This document shows positions 13,800 to 26,177 of a stretch of DNA of 64,000 nt, piece after piece; within the stretch, counting starts at the first letter, position 1, and every line of letters begins with the position of its first letter. The notes below the pieces were generated by a model, which made no database searches, had not been told where the DNA came from, and saw only the letters and a list, made by a program, of their open reading frames with translations. This stretch comes from Nemertoderma westbladi. Taxonomy: Eukaryota > Animalia > Xenacoelomorpha. The stretch covers positions 62,001 to 126,000 of the forward strand of contig JAUCBJ010001154.1 in NCBI GenBank assembly GCA_032718475.1, in the 5' to 3' direction. Made by a program: the position numbers and the translations under genes.

Positions 13800-14398
13800 C
13801 AGAGATGGGGGCCGGTTTTTCACGACCCGGGCCCGTGCCCGTTAATTTTAATTTTCTAAAAATTACAGCATAAAATAAAATTTTAACTTTTATGATCAAT
13901 TTGTATACACTGATTCAAATTACAATATCACTTTGTCATCGTGAGCCACTGATCTGGTAGTTTGTGGATTAGACGATACACACGTTGTGTAGGTCTGCCA
14001 TGTTTACATTTACTGTATGTTTGTTGTTTAAAATGAAATAATGTGCGTGCCTCATCGTTTTAGTTTCGATTACTAACTACTATCAGTCTGTGTCAGACAG
14101 TATCTCAATTTCGATTCAATTGTTTATTTATAACAAAATTAAACAAAAACGCAACAAAAATAAAACAGTAACAAAGTTAAACAAAGACAAAAATAAATGA
14201 TAAAACAACCCTAGTTATAATAAAATAAAATATACATGATAAAAAAATACATCATTTTGTGATAAAAAAAAGTGTAACAAAAATTTTCATATTTTTGTGT
14301 TTTGTTAACTGGATAATATAATTATTCAACAATAGCGGGCTTTCCAATAATTAGAATGTGGCCCAAACCCGGCCTGGCCCGGCCCGTGTCCATCTCTG
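13800..14398. mobile_element. hAT-like MITE
   Basis: TIR CAGAGATGG/CCATCTCTG, subterminal GGCCC repeats, 8-bp TSD AATGGGAG/AATGGGAA. Confidence 0.8.
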
Positions 14399-14887
14399 AA
14401 TGGGAATGACCAAAGGACCCAATGACGTGACCATTTAAAGCTGCAGTGGGACCTAATGCGAAATGGAAGGTGATTATTTTTAGAGAAAAATGATTAAAAT
14501 TTGTGGAATGTGAATAAATTTAGTGGAAAGTAATTAACTTTTAAATTAATTTAAGTGCAATATCATTATATTTAGTGGATAAATAATTAATATTGGAGCA
14601 ATCTGGTCTCAGGGAGATGATAATGTTACAGTAACACGCTATTCTAACCAAAACAATAAAATAAATTCAATAGCACAGGTTATAGTATATTTTTAAATCA
14701 GTAGTAATTTGTAATCAGCTGTTATTTGCGTCGATATTCCCCTGTAGAGGGATGAAATTTGAATGTATCAGGTGCGCCCCTTAGCGGCCCCCTACAGTAG
14801 TTGATGTACACACAACGGGGTATTGCTCGCTACAATTTCAGCCCTGTTGGATATTATTTCAATAATTAATTAATTAATTATATTTAC

Positions 14888-15335
14888 CATTCCCAATATT
14901 ACGAGTGTCGATAGAGTAGCACTGCTCCATATGCGTATCGGCGCCACGTTGGGATTCCCCGATAGACTCGCTTGTTGCCCAGTAACCACAGTCTCCTGGT
15001 CTGGATGGACGTCTAGACAGGAAATATCCTCTGTGTGGCCGAAGTAGTGTCTCTGTTTGTCCAGATCCTGGTTGTATATCACGGCTACGGTACCCACGTG
15101 GTACACAATCTCAGAGGAACCCAAAGTGTGTAAGTTATTCCGGGTATCGTAACCACGGTAACCGTATACCCAATCGAGAACCGGCTTGCGATCGGGCGGG
15201 AGGCCTTTCTCTTCCCATTGGGAAAGTTTGTCAGTTGAGGGAACGTAGAAGGACCTCTCCATCCCGTGAATGTTCACTGTTATCGTTTCTTCTAGATCAT
15301 CAGCTGTGTCATCTCTATCAACCATTGCGTCGTAA
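14888..15335 (-). CDS. DCX-EMAP-like protein, exon 2 (HELP motif and first WD40)
   Basis: LDWVYGYRGYDTRNNLH HELP motif and QRHYFGHTEDISCL; acceptor ..AATAATAG (phase 2), donor ATG|GTAAAT (phase 0). Confidence 0.93.
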
Positions 15336-15788
15336 CTATTATTGCGAAAACAAGAAATTTAGTAAATTTAGGAACTTTATTATTTTAGACAATAAATATT
15401 TAAGTTTATTTTGTGGTAATTCGTAGGATCGTACAATACTGTATATTCCACATTCGATAATAAAACGTAACGGAAAACACTCTTTTCCACTCATTTTCTT
15501 TAGCGAAATTCACAGATATTCCGCCCTAGTGTATTGAGTTTTTGTTGAGTTTGGTATTCTAGTAAACTCCTGTAAAACTCAAGCGCTCGAACAGAATAGT
15601 TGAATTTGGCTAATCTGAAAATGAGTGAAAAAATCGGTGTACTCCGCTTACTTTTTATAAGTTTAGTCCATTCCGTTCCGATGGCCTTAATCTTTCTCTC
15701 CAATGGTCCACATATATTTTACTCATATATATCTGCACTCAGTTTACCAATTCGGTTGTTGAACTGATATATCACTAACTGCACTCAC

Positions 15789-17674
15789 CTTACTAACGCA
15801 TCCTGCGATATTGTACTCATCTCCCTTGAAGAGGATCCAAACAACTTCTGCCTTTCCGTGGCCCCGTCCGTGGTGGAAGCTTGGTACCCCGCTCCTCCGG
15901 TGTCTGTCTGCACTGTATCCGGTTTCCGGGACAACGAGTAGCTACCGCCGTATCCGTTGCGATGCTGGTCTTTATTTCGAGCGCTCCGCCCTTGATAATA
16001 ATTAGACACTGGTTTGTCCACAGGGATCTCGTTTTGTATATGTGTTACATCTCGCAGCGCTTCGTGGCCACAACAAATGAATTTATCATTTTTCGCGCTG
16101 TCGCTTAGTAGTTGAGAGACGCTGGTGATCCTCCCGCCCGTCTGCATCGAGTACAGCCTACGAATCGGGGGGCTAGCCATGTGAATTGTAGAGCCCATCG
16201 AGTTTAGTATTTGTTCAAAAGTTTGTTTAGTTTTCGGGTGTATTAACACTCTGCCTTGACTTTGTCTGTGGGTGTTACTTACGACATTTATATACCGCGG
16301 CTTTGAAGTGTGAAACACAGGTTTCGGTGATCCATTGCCATCTTGCGACGATGATAATGAATTAGAATGATCGCTTATCTCACGTCCTTTGTAAAGTAAC
16401 GTGTCCGTCTGTCGTCTGCCCCCTCCCGGCTGGAGATTGACCCAATGATTCTCTTTGGAATCTCCATAGCGACAACCAATCACAAAGCTCCCGCTCGCAC
16501 AAACGTATGATTTCTCGTGTTGTAGTTCTATGACCTCGTTCACTGGCTCTCCGTTCATTTTGTATAGGTACCTCACCCCGCAAGGCAAAGATATCTTTTC
16601 ACTTAGATAAACTAAAAGTGTCTCTAGAATTGGGAATTTTTTAAGGGAAATCGCCGTGGAGTAGCCGCGGAACTGAGAGTCCCCGTTGCGATAGAAATGG
16701 CACATATTGGCGCGATGGTGCACTATAAGTGGTAGACGCCTTTGTCTTACCTCGAAATTCCTCGGTAGAGGAATTTCGACGTCCAAATCTCCGCTGTTTG
16801 GGCTTTCCAGCTCAACATCCTGTCGATTCAAATGTTTTTTCGTGTTCCTGTTTTCGCCTCTTTGAAGCCTGGGGATTTGGCTCCGAGAACGATCTCTTTG
16901 TGAGCGATTTGTTTGGTCAATAATGCTCCTCTTATTATCAAGTTCACCGTCGTAAACAATAACTGGTATATTGTTTGCATCATTCATTGCTGTCCTCGAC
17001 ACATTGCGATTATGTGCGGGTTTCCTTGGTGATAGAACTTTCGCAGGGCTCCTGCGTATCGCGTAACTATCCCCCGCGATATCATCGGGTATTTCCTTGC
17101 GACCGAGTAGCGCCTGCGCGCGATACACTGCCGATTGTCGGGCCGGCAGATCCTCGATATTTAGGTTGGTTCCCGACTTGGGCCGATCGCTTCGCAGCCC
17201 CGAACGCTCGCTGACGGCAGACCCGTACCGCGAACGCGGCCGGTCCCCTTGCGAGCCGATCACGTGGAGCGTCGAGGGATTTTGATCCCTGGGGACGGTG
17301 ACCGAGATGGGGATCCTCACATCTTCGTTGTCGTCGACACCACGCGAACCATCGACGAAATCCCACAGAGCTTCAACGTTAATATCAACGTCCTTTTGAG
17401 TGATGTCCTCTACAACGTTGATAACGTCATGTTTATTGGTCCTCGCTTCCAACAGCTGTCTGCCCTCAATATTGTAGTAATCGTTACCGATATTAATAGT
17501 TATTGTTTTCAAACCGCTGGTCCGTTCCTCTTGTAACGAATGTATCATGTATCCAGGAAGGCTAATATGGACAGGAATTGTTGTTGCATGGTTATCGGTG
17601 ATCACTCTACTATCTTTATCTTGAGAGAACCGCTGATCACCCACATATACATCAACATTGTCTGTCTGACTCAT
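15789..17674 (-). CDS. DCX-EMAP-like protein, exon 1 (N-terminal region plus two doublecortin domains)
   Basis: DCX1 FYRNGDSQFRG...GVRYLY...SYVCAS; DCX2 PRYINVVSN...TFEQIL...IRRLYS...FICCGHE; donor AG|GTGAGT phase 2. The three exons total 3861 nt (1286 aa plus stop). Confidence 0.9.
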
Positions 17675-18029
17675 CTTAACATTAACTAGAATACTTCACT
17701 GTATTAATATTATTATACTACTACTGTTTTTAAATGAATAGTTAGAGGAAAAGTGAGAATGGAAACGACTACAGTAATTTTATAAAGTGCTTTACTCCAC
17801 TAATAATCGAAACCTCAGTGCAAGATATAATAGCACTAAACTAATAAAACTTAAAAACGTTTTGATATTTACTTTATATCATCTTATATCGAAACGGTAG
17901 GATATGACATTTTGAATTGGTTATGTTATTGCCGTTGTGATATAATTTGTTCTGAAGTTTCGATTCCCAACTGGAACAACAACAACAGCAAGTTCAGTAA
18001 TAGTGTTGAGGCTGCAAAAAAATATATTT

Positions 18030-19440
18030 CTCACATGATTAAATCAGGTAGAAGAACAATGTACTTTGAGGAAGCTTCAGATCGTACGAAACGCAGACGA
18101 GTAGAGGAAATAACATCGGAATTTAAAACTCCTGCTCTTGTCGTAGGAACTACAGCTTCCTTGAAACCTGAAGGTAGAAAACGTACATCTGAAATCATCA
18201 AGCATGTTTCTACCGAGCCCGAATCATCTTCAATGTATATATTATGATGATGAAGCTCTTTGCACTAATGTTTGACGGAAAATTAAATAAATCTGTGTAC
18301 CAGATAATCAGAAATAAAGCATGTTCTAAGGGTGTCAACATCTACCCAGCATACAATCATGTCCGGGAAGCCAAGAATAGGTGTTACCCATTAGGAATAA
18401 ATCCCCAGGGTTATCAGGCATCTGTCCCATTGCAAAACCTGCTTGACCAAACCCACACACGTATTTGTGACACTACAGTAGTAGTGAAGTAATTCACCCA
18501 ATCATCACAAATATGAACGATATTTGCCGAATGGTTTTGCGAAGCAAGGTGGGTTTTGATGGGAGTAATGGACAGTCCTCCTCATACAAACAGCTTCCAA
18601 GTTCTGGATCTAACTTTGCTTTGCTGAGGACTCATCCATATTCATTACATGCTTGGTTCCACTGTTGTATGTCGAAACCACAATCCGTCATCTACCTTAT
18701 ACTGTAGAACAATTAGCTTTCCGCGAATCACCGATGAGCAAGAGAGACTATTTAAAGAGATAGCTGATGTAAAATCAAGCTGTCTGTAGTAATATCATCC
18801 CAGGTGATACCTACCTCTCTATCTAAGCTCGCGGTAATGCACATAATTGATGTAATAATGGTTTATGGCAAGGTACACACCGCACTGTATGATAGGACTT
18901 TCAGCAGCCAAAGTTGTTCTTTGTGTGGTGCCACAATTTCACAGATGAATCATACTGCATTGACCACCCGTCGAAGAGAAAAGTCACAGAAAAGAACTCC
19001 ATGTATCACCATGGTCTCTTCTGGAATGCTTGCTGCATATACTGTAGCCTACATAAGAACACGTAAAGTGTGGTCTGTTAGGGGTAAAACAGCAAAGCAG
19101 ATTATGAAAACGGAGAAGGCACTGAACCAAAACCAATTTCATACTGAACTTGGGTTGTCATCATAGATCAACCTAAATCTTGTGGCTCTGGTACGTCCGT
19201 ACGTCCAATGATAGAAATACGGCAAGAAGGGTATTCCAAAATGCTGAGGTCTCTCCAGAATACTTGGCATTGATAAACCATTCCTAGATTGACTGCACAA
19301 CATCCTAATTGCCCTTTGTTGTGGCTTCGATGTTGATACCGACAAATTTCAAGAATGAGAAACAGCTAGACGTTATGTAACCCTTTTTCCATAGTACTAC
19401 ATTCCACAAGCAATGCATAAGGTTCTAATCCATTGGTTTT
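18030..19440 (+). pseudogene. Decayed Transib (RAG1-core-like) transposase
   Basis: Ordered motifs across broken frames: YPAY..V..AK..CYP, VPLQNLLD.T, KVGFDGSNGQSSYKQ, MVYGKV, CSLCGAT, MHKVLIH; many stops and frameshifts. Confidence 0.85.
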
Positions 19441-20344
19441 TGGCTTCCAGCATTAGGTCTAAAACAAAAGTCAATGGCACATTTAGTATGCCACTTGGCA
19501 TATGGGATCAAATAAGACTTAAACTTTCTGGTTTTCGGCTTCCAGCATTAGGTCTAACAAAAAGTCAAACTCTGTCTCCCTACAATACGTTGACGTCGTG
19601 GCAAAGCTTAAATGCCGAAATCTGCGCCATTCTGTCTGTGTTAATTGTGTTTGCCAAATATGCAAATTTTGGCACGTACCAGAAATGGCTCAAAGGCACC
19701 CATTGAGAATTTGAGACCATCTCAGAAGATTCGCTGCTATCGAAAACTTCGAAATAATGAATTTTGATTGCAAAACAGGGTTGCTGGGCCACTGTGGTGT
19801 GGCGGGAAATTTAAAGATTCAACCAGATTTAATGTCTGCAGTCTGCCTGTTGCACCGGCCATGCATGCATCGTAAGATGTACCTCTCTGGTATCTGGCAC
19901 CGTGCTCTCACTTTTCTTAACGGTAATGATGGTGTGTATCAGCGTATGTGTTTACCGTATCATGTGTCAGGGGGGTGTACATTAATAATAATTAACATAC
20001 CGGCAGACCGGTATCCCTATCACTATTGTAACGCGCGTATGCCTTACTGAACAGAACACTGCCGCCTCTATATAGAGGCACTATACTGTATCGTCTGTAT
20101 GTGATCTGATATGGAGGATTGGATTAGGCTAAAAGATAGAGCTTGTAACAACGAAGGGAAGGTAAGGAAGGTGGTCAGATTAAGTACCGGTGATGTGGTT
20201 TAGAGTGTATTACGAAATTAATAATTAATATTATGTTAATCTTAATCTAGGCAGAAGCATTTTGTTGAACCGTGAGATTTATGGCTATCCCTCCCTATCT
20301 GTAGACATTAATAATTGAGCTGAGGTTTTTGTCAGACTTTCAGT

Positions 20345-20762
20345 GAGACCACAAACATAGACTTCCGCTAGAGGGCCAAATCTCTATAAACATTAAATCA
20401 ATTTCGAAATTGAAATAATTTCTTTGTTTTTATTCCGTTCAAGCTGAAACCCTCGGCAGATAGGTTAGACAACTGGCTGCATCTTTTTGGGGACGGTTAT
20501 CCATCTGCCTGCAGTTCTCTAGTCTGCTGCCAAACGGTTAAATGTCTGATAATCGTTCTCCTATTTATTTATTTATATTCCGTTTATATTAATATTTATT
20601 TATTAACAATTCACTTCATAGGTAAATAATAAGTTAATATCAAGGGCTGGGTCGGTCTGTCGCTTGAGGGCACCTTCGGCCAGGGGAAATGTTTGCATAT
20701 TTTATTTATAATTTTGTGTTGAAACTTAATGTTAATTTATACTTGCTGAGCGAAGGCCCCAG
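20345..20762 (+). mobile_element. Partial DINE-like element (same internal repeat as 11874-12884)
   Basis: CCGCTAGAGGGCCAAA and TCCGTTCAAGCTGAAAC motifs; end motif TGCTGAGCGAAGGCCCC. Confidence 0.5.
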
Positions 20763-20778
20763 TGCCACCACGCTACGC

Positions 20779-21163
20779 TACTACTACTACTACTCTACTA
20801 GGTCGAGCGAACTCGGACAGTGGAAATGAGATCCTTCCAGGCTTCCCGATTCTCCATAAGTTGTCGCAATTTCGTTTTTCCCAAGTTCAGTATCCCTTTC
20901 AAGTTGATCTATATATGTTATGGCCGGTCGTCCACGACTACGCTTTCCATGAGTTGGTTGCCAGAAAAGTAGATCTGGTATGACCTCGTCTTTACTTCGC
21001 CAGCAGTGCCCACTGAATCTTAATCTGCGTTCACGGAGGGTGGTTGATACAGGTGGTATTGTACCATAAAGCGCGGCGTTTGTGGGGCGAGACACGTAGT
21101 CGGCGAGCCTTTGCATACGGTTCATATAGGGCAAATGGGGCATGTCCGTCTGTCTGTCCGTCT

Positions 21164-21196
<33 letters not shown>

Positions 21197-21965
21197 GTAA
21201 ATGTTTGAACGCGAATTTCTCGGCATCGCTCGTTCGGAATTGAACCAAACTTAGTAGGTAAGTAGTAGAGAGAAAGTTTAGAAATTTTGTAAAGTTTGGT
21301 GAAAAATCATGCAGTCTGACGTCAGCTACGACAGATTATGTGGTTTTTAGAAAATGTTAAATTTCTCGGGAAGGCCTCATTTTCCTGAGCTGAAATTTTG
21401 ATGGCCTGTAGAGAATCATGAAGTCTATCTTTTACGAAATTGAAAAGTTAAGACATTTAATTGGGGATCCGCTAGAGACTCAGAAGTAATGACATAGGCC
21501 TACCGGTACGGTACTGCTGTACAGTGGTGCACTGGTAAGTACGAAATTGCAGAATAACAATTTGACACCACCTAGCGGATTAACATATGATTGTATATCG
21601 AATGAATACATTTATAGCATGGGATATGGGGTCCAAACTAGACATGCCCCATTTGCTCTATATGAACCGTATGCCAAGGCTTGCCGACTACGTGCTGCGC
21701 GAAGTCCCCACGAACGTGTCATGTGTTGTCTCCAGCTGATATTTAGGGCTGCCCTTAGTAGTCTTGTGTAGTCCATCTATTCGTTGTTCAAGTGATTTAG
21801 TCAGTGTCCAGGTATAAGAATACAAAGAACTTAGTCTTCAGGTACCTGCAGAGATCTGATTTCCAGATGGTATCCATTTTTGATAGAGCTACCCAAGCCT
21901 TTGCTTTCCTAACTTCTATGTCCTTTTTGCTACTCTCTATCCATGATCCTAGGTACTGGAAGTCG
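20779..21965 (-). mobile_element. RTE-like LINE 3' fragment (family B), interrupted by the insertion at 21081-21719
   Basis: DFQYLGSWI..KDIEVRKAKAW (about 21.9 kb), RLLRAALNISWRQHMT|NAALYG..RRLRFSGHCWR..LFWQPTHGKRSRGRP; (TAG)n tail near 20780-20798. Confidence 0.85.
21081..21719 (+). mobile_element. DINE-1/Helentron-like non-autonomous element with about 53-bp subterminal inverted repeats and a (GTCY)n microsatellite
   Basis: About 21094-21146 is the near reverse complement of 21641-21694; GTCC/GTCT run at about 21144-21195; splits the LINE reading frame. Confidence 0.75.
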
Positions 21966-22109
21966 GTAGTAGTCGGTAGGCAGTTATGTTAATATTATCG
22001 ATACAGTGTACTAAACGTAAATGATATATGTTTTGTACTGCCGGCTAAGTATTTACCGTTGAAGGTAAATTTACTACCAGTTTATTATTATAATTATTAT
22101 TACTGTGGA

Positions 22110-22773
22110 TCTCAAATTCTCAATGGGTGCCTTTGAGCCATTTCTGGTACGTGCCAAAATTTGCATATTTGGCAAACATAATAAACACAGACAGAATGGC
22201 GCAGATTTCGGTTCCACGAGGTATAGCAGGGTGCTGTGCCGAAGCGTTAACAAATGGTTTCAAATTCTCTAGCAGCACAGAATTGCCACTTTTTAGCATG
22301 TGGACATGGCACTTTTGTTTGGCCTGGCACAAAATATCAAAATCGCTAAAGCTTCATTGAAATGTGGCATTTTCGGCATTTACAGGTTTTCAAAGCTATT
22401 TGATGCGATTATCTCTGATATGTTCCATAAGTGGCACAATTTCCTGTAACCTTAGTAAACTGAAGTAAGTTTTAAGCATTTAAGCTTTGCCACGACGTCA
22501 ACGTATTGTAGGGAGACAGAGTTTGACTTTTTGTTAGACCTAACGCTGGAAGCCGAAAACCAGAAAGTTTAAGTCTATTTGATCCCATATGCCAAGTGGC
22601 ATACTAAATGTGCGATTGACTTTTGTTTTAGACCTAATGCTGGAAGCCAAAAACCAATGGATTAGAACCTTATGCATTGCTTGTGGAATGTAGTAGAGTA
22701 GTACTATGGAAAAGGGGTTACATAACGTCTAGCTGTTTCTCATTCTTGAAATTTGTCGGCATCAACATCGAAG
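22110..22773 (-). repeat. Inverted duplicate of about 19326-19717 (Transib end plus adjacent sequence)
   Basis: Near-identical reverse complement, with about 265 extra internal bases (about 22212-22476) that the left copy lacks. Confidence 0.9.
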
Positions 22774-24449
22774 ATCTTATAAAATGTTATTGTTATTATT
22801 ACTTTTATACAGTACATCAATAATAATTGTCTCCTAGCTTCCCAATATTGGTTTCCAGTGTTCACTGTTCAGCCCTTCGGTGGTTACTGGTTAGACCTCC
22901 CGAAGTTGAATGAAACCATTTACTTCCGGCAGACACCCGCAGACTTCCCGATATTGTCTCAACGTCAATAATACAAGTGAGTTATTTTATAAGTCTACTG
23001 TATACAATATTTACTAAATTGAGTTTCTTGTATTTGTTTTATTCTGATGTAATACTGAGTTATAAATTATCTCAAATACAATTTTAATACAGTAATAGTA
23101 CCAGTAGGCCTACAATAAAAAATATGGTAAAATTATATTTTGAGAATTTATTGTCATTTTTTAAATTAAAATGTGTTATTTTAAAATGGCCATGGAAAAT
23201 CTCTAAAAGTTTTAAATTAATAAATTAAAAAAATATTTTTGAAACAAAAAAATATACGAAAACAGAGAAAATTATGATTTTTTAAATTTTCGAGACACTT
23301 TGAGGAGAAATTGTTCTATGTAGCCTTTATATTAAAATCTCCACATTATCTTTTGTTGGATATTAACCTCCGTCCCAACCATAGTATACTGCAATTATAC
23401 AACTTTAAGGTCGTCTTATGTAGTTTGCCACTATAACTTAATGGCAATCTCAGTTAAACACTAACTAAGCCGACCGGTTTGGTACTAATGGGTGTAGGTA
23501 GATAAACAAATAGGATCGAGGCATTTAGTTACGTGTACAGCTATCGATTTAGATTCTTAGTTAATATAAATATTACAAAATAGTAAAACAGCCACTAAAT
23601 AGTAATATAAACACAGTTTGTGTATTCTAACACGATACTTTATAGCACTTGAGCAATTAATAGACTTTCATTATCATTTTATAGCCCACACCCATAACTA
23701 TAATGGTATCTAAGCAACGAAGCCAAATACGCGATTGGCCTTTTAAGTATGATGGATATTTGGCACTTACTACACGGAACTGTTAGTAATACCTCGCCTC
23801 CTCCCATTACAGTATCATATTGTACCCTAAGTGGGTGGTGAGGAGGAGGAGGGGGGGGGGGGGGGATTTATAAAAGGAAAACAGTCGATGCCCATGACGA
23901 ATATTGACGCGTGGTTGATAACTGAAGTTTTTAATTGTGTCGACAAAGTCGACGTGTAGTGCAGTGGTGAATAGGTCTGTAATAGTGAGCGGGTTTGTTG
24001 GAGATATTGCTTTTGTAGGTTTACTTTTAATGCATTGCTCTGTGAGGGAACCTGAATTTTGAACCTGAAATCCTCCTCTTACGTTATTTATATGGACATA
24101 CAAAATGCTTTTGATACTGTTAACCACGTTTAATAATATTTCGTCCATTGTAATCTCCGCAGCCCATTAAAAATTACGAATAAAAGTTAAAGATTACGAA
24201 TCGGTAACAATTTACATCATTCATAATTCAATGCGGGATTACCCAGGGATACTAAACCTAAACATAGGTCTAGGTCTAATCATTTTATTATTATTTGTGA
24301 TTATTTTAATAAGGGTTATTTGAGGTGGTCGTTTATTACAGAGAAGCGAGTAACTTATGCGAGTAAATAGTGTCATCAAATCATTGATAAGCTCATTTAT
24401 TGGAGTTGCGAATAATGTCCGCTTGGTGGCGTTTATTACTCAAGTTTCC

Positions 24450-24697
24450 AGATAGGGGGGTGGGGGACTGGACGCAATTAAAATTAATCCCTCTCCAGGG
24501 CCAGGGGAAATTGGACGCAAATAACAGCTGATTACTCTCAAAAATAAAACTGTAACCTGTTATATTGTGTTTTGTTTATTGTTTTGGTTAAAATAACGTG
24601 GCACTGTAACCTGCTCCTTTCCCTAAATTGAGAATTGAACATTGAGGCAGGATATTCATTCGCCAAGATGGGATTTGCGTCCAGTCTCCCCCTATCT
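24450..24697. mobile_element. About 240-bp MITE with GGGG..CTGGACGCAA / TTGCGTCCAG..CCCC TIRs
   Basis: TIR pair visible; homologous copies at 27432-27677 and about 43808-44014, with fragments elsewhere. Confidence 0.75.
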
Positions 24698-24744
24698 CAA
24701 ATGTTGTTTGGAAGTCACATAGAATTCATCGGAATCTTAGGTCC

Positions 24745-25251
24745 GATTATTTAGAGCAGCAGTAGTTCCCGTACTCCTCTATGGGAGTCCATTCTGGGCT
24801 CTAACTGCTGAGGACACAAAATCTCTGGATGGCACATTCACAAGAATGCTACGCCGGGTTCATTGTGTCAAGTACAATGCACACATCTCCAACCAGACAC
24901 TATATAACATTGGAGGTGTCTCATTGGTTCCCCCAAGCTCGACACTAGAACAAAGCCGCCTCCGCTTTGCAGGACATTGCTTTCGCCGTGAGGACCAGCC
25001 AGTGCATAATTTTGTGCTTTGGTGGCCTCATGGAGTGAATAAGCATGGTGGACAGCATATGACTTTCTTGAGACGCATCTTAAAGGACACTGGCCTTGAA
25101 GATGCGAATGATCTAGCAAATGTCATTGGTGATAGGGAGTTGTGGCGGCGCAATTTATTCGACAAGCCGGCACAGTATTATTAATATATATGTAATGTAT
25201 ATATATAATGGAGCTGCAATGCAGCATGCCGATCCTAGTAGTAGTAGTAGA
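24745..25251 (+). mobile_element. RTE-like LINE 3' fragment, family A
   Basis: LFRAAVVPVLLYGS..W.LT....SLDGTFTRML..RLRFAGHCFR; ends in (TAG)n. Confidence 0.85.
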
Positions 25252-25654
25252 GTAAATGTTTCGTACCTGTCACCATACCCGAACTGGTGCACTGCACATG
25301 TACCTTTATCAAAAGCGATAATAGCTAATCCAAGTGTCTAAATAAACTCATCCAAGGTGAATTCAGGAGGTTAAACAGTACTACATTATATCTCTCTCAA
25401 TGATTTTAATTATTGATAGTAACAATGTGTTGGCAAGCTGTATTTTTCGAGGTGTTTGTTATTATACATTTATTATAGGAAGGGATCTAGGGGTCTTTAC
25501 CTCGAATGATAAGTTTATTTTACCGAAAATAACTTATCTTTTATTGGCGCAATTGTAGGACTAATCCCATCACATGCGTACTTTTTAACCGGGTAGTGTA
25601 CAAATTTAAGAATCGCGTAATTTTTCTTGAAATTAATATCTCATATCTCTCCAA

Positions 25655-25697
25655 ACCACGTACGCGTTTCGACCTTACTGGGTCTCATCAGCGTGGT
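25655..25697 (-). ncRNA. Type I hammerhead ribozyme
   Basis: Minus strand reads ACCACG CUGAUGA GACC-CAGUAA-GGUC GAAAC GC GUA CGUGGU: intact core, stems I and II, short palindromic stem III. Confidence 0.9.
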
Positions 25698-26067
25698 GTC
25701 GGATTCGAACCTGGGACCTCGAGGTGGAAGCCGAGACTACAACCACTAGGCCACAGGTTCTTGAGATATGGAGTATTAATTTCAAAGCCAGCTGCCATTT
25801 TATTAGCCCCTGAGTTTTTTGATTATTGATAGTAACAATGTGTTGGCAAGCTGTATTTTTCGAGGTGTTTGTTATTATACATTTATTATAGGAAGGGATC
25901 TAGGGGTCTTTACCTCGAATGATAAGTTTATTTTACCGAAAATAACTTATCTTTTATTGGCGCAATTGTAGGACTAATCCCATCACATGCGTACTTTTTA
26001 ACCGGGTAGTGTACAAATTTAAGAATCGCGTAATTTTTCTTGAAATTAATATATCATATCTCTCCAA

Positions 26068-26110
26068 ACCATGTACGCGTTTCGACCTTACTGGGTCTCA
26101 TCAGCGTGGT
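26068..26110 (-). ncRNA. Type I hammerhead ribozyme, second tandem copy
   Basis: Same core; one substitution in the stem I 3' strand (CAUGGU). Confidence 0.85.
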
Positions 26111-26177
26111 GTCGGATTCGAACTCTCGAATATCTCTCTCAATGATTTTAATACGATGTTAAGATTTGATGATAAAT

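Larger units (their letters stand above)
25411..26129 (-). mobile_element. Retrozyme-like element: about 1.7 tandem copies of a 413-bp unit carrying tRNA-like A/B boxes and a hammerhead ribozyme
   Basis: 413-bp period; 23-bp TSD ATATCTCTCTCAATGATTTTAAT at 25388-25410 and 26130-26152; same unit at 34254-34697. Confidence 0.88.

Noticed and set aside
25596-25829. 77-aa ORF and its duplicate at 26009-26209
   Set aside because: Antisense reading of the non-coding ribozyme unit.
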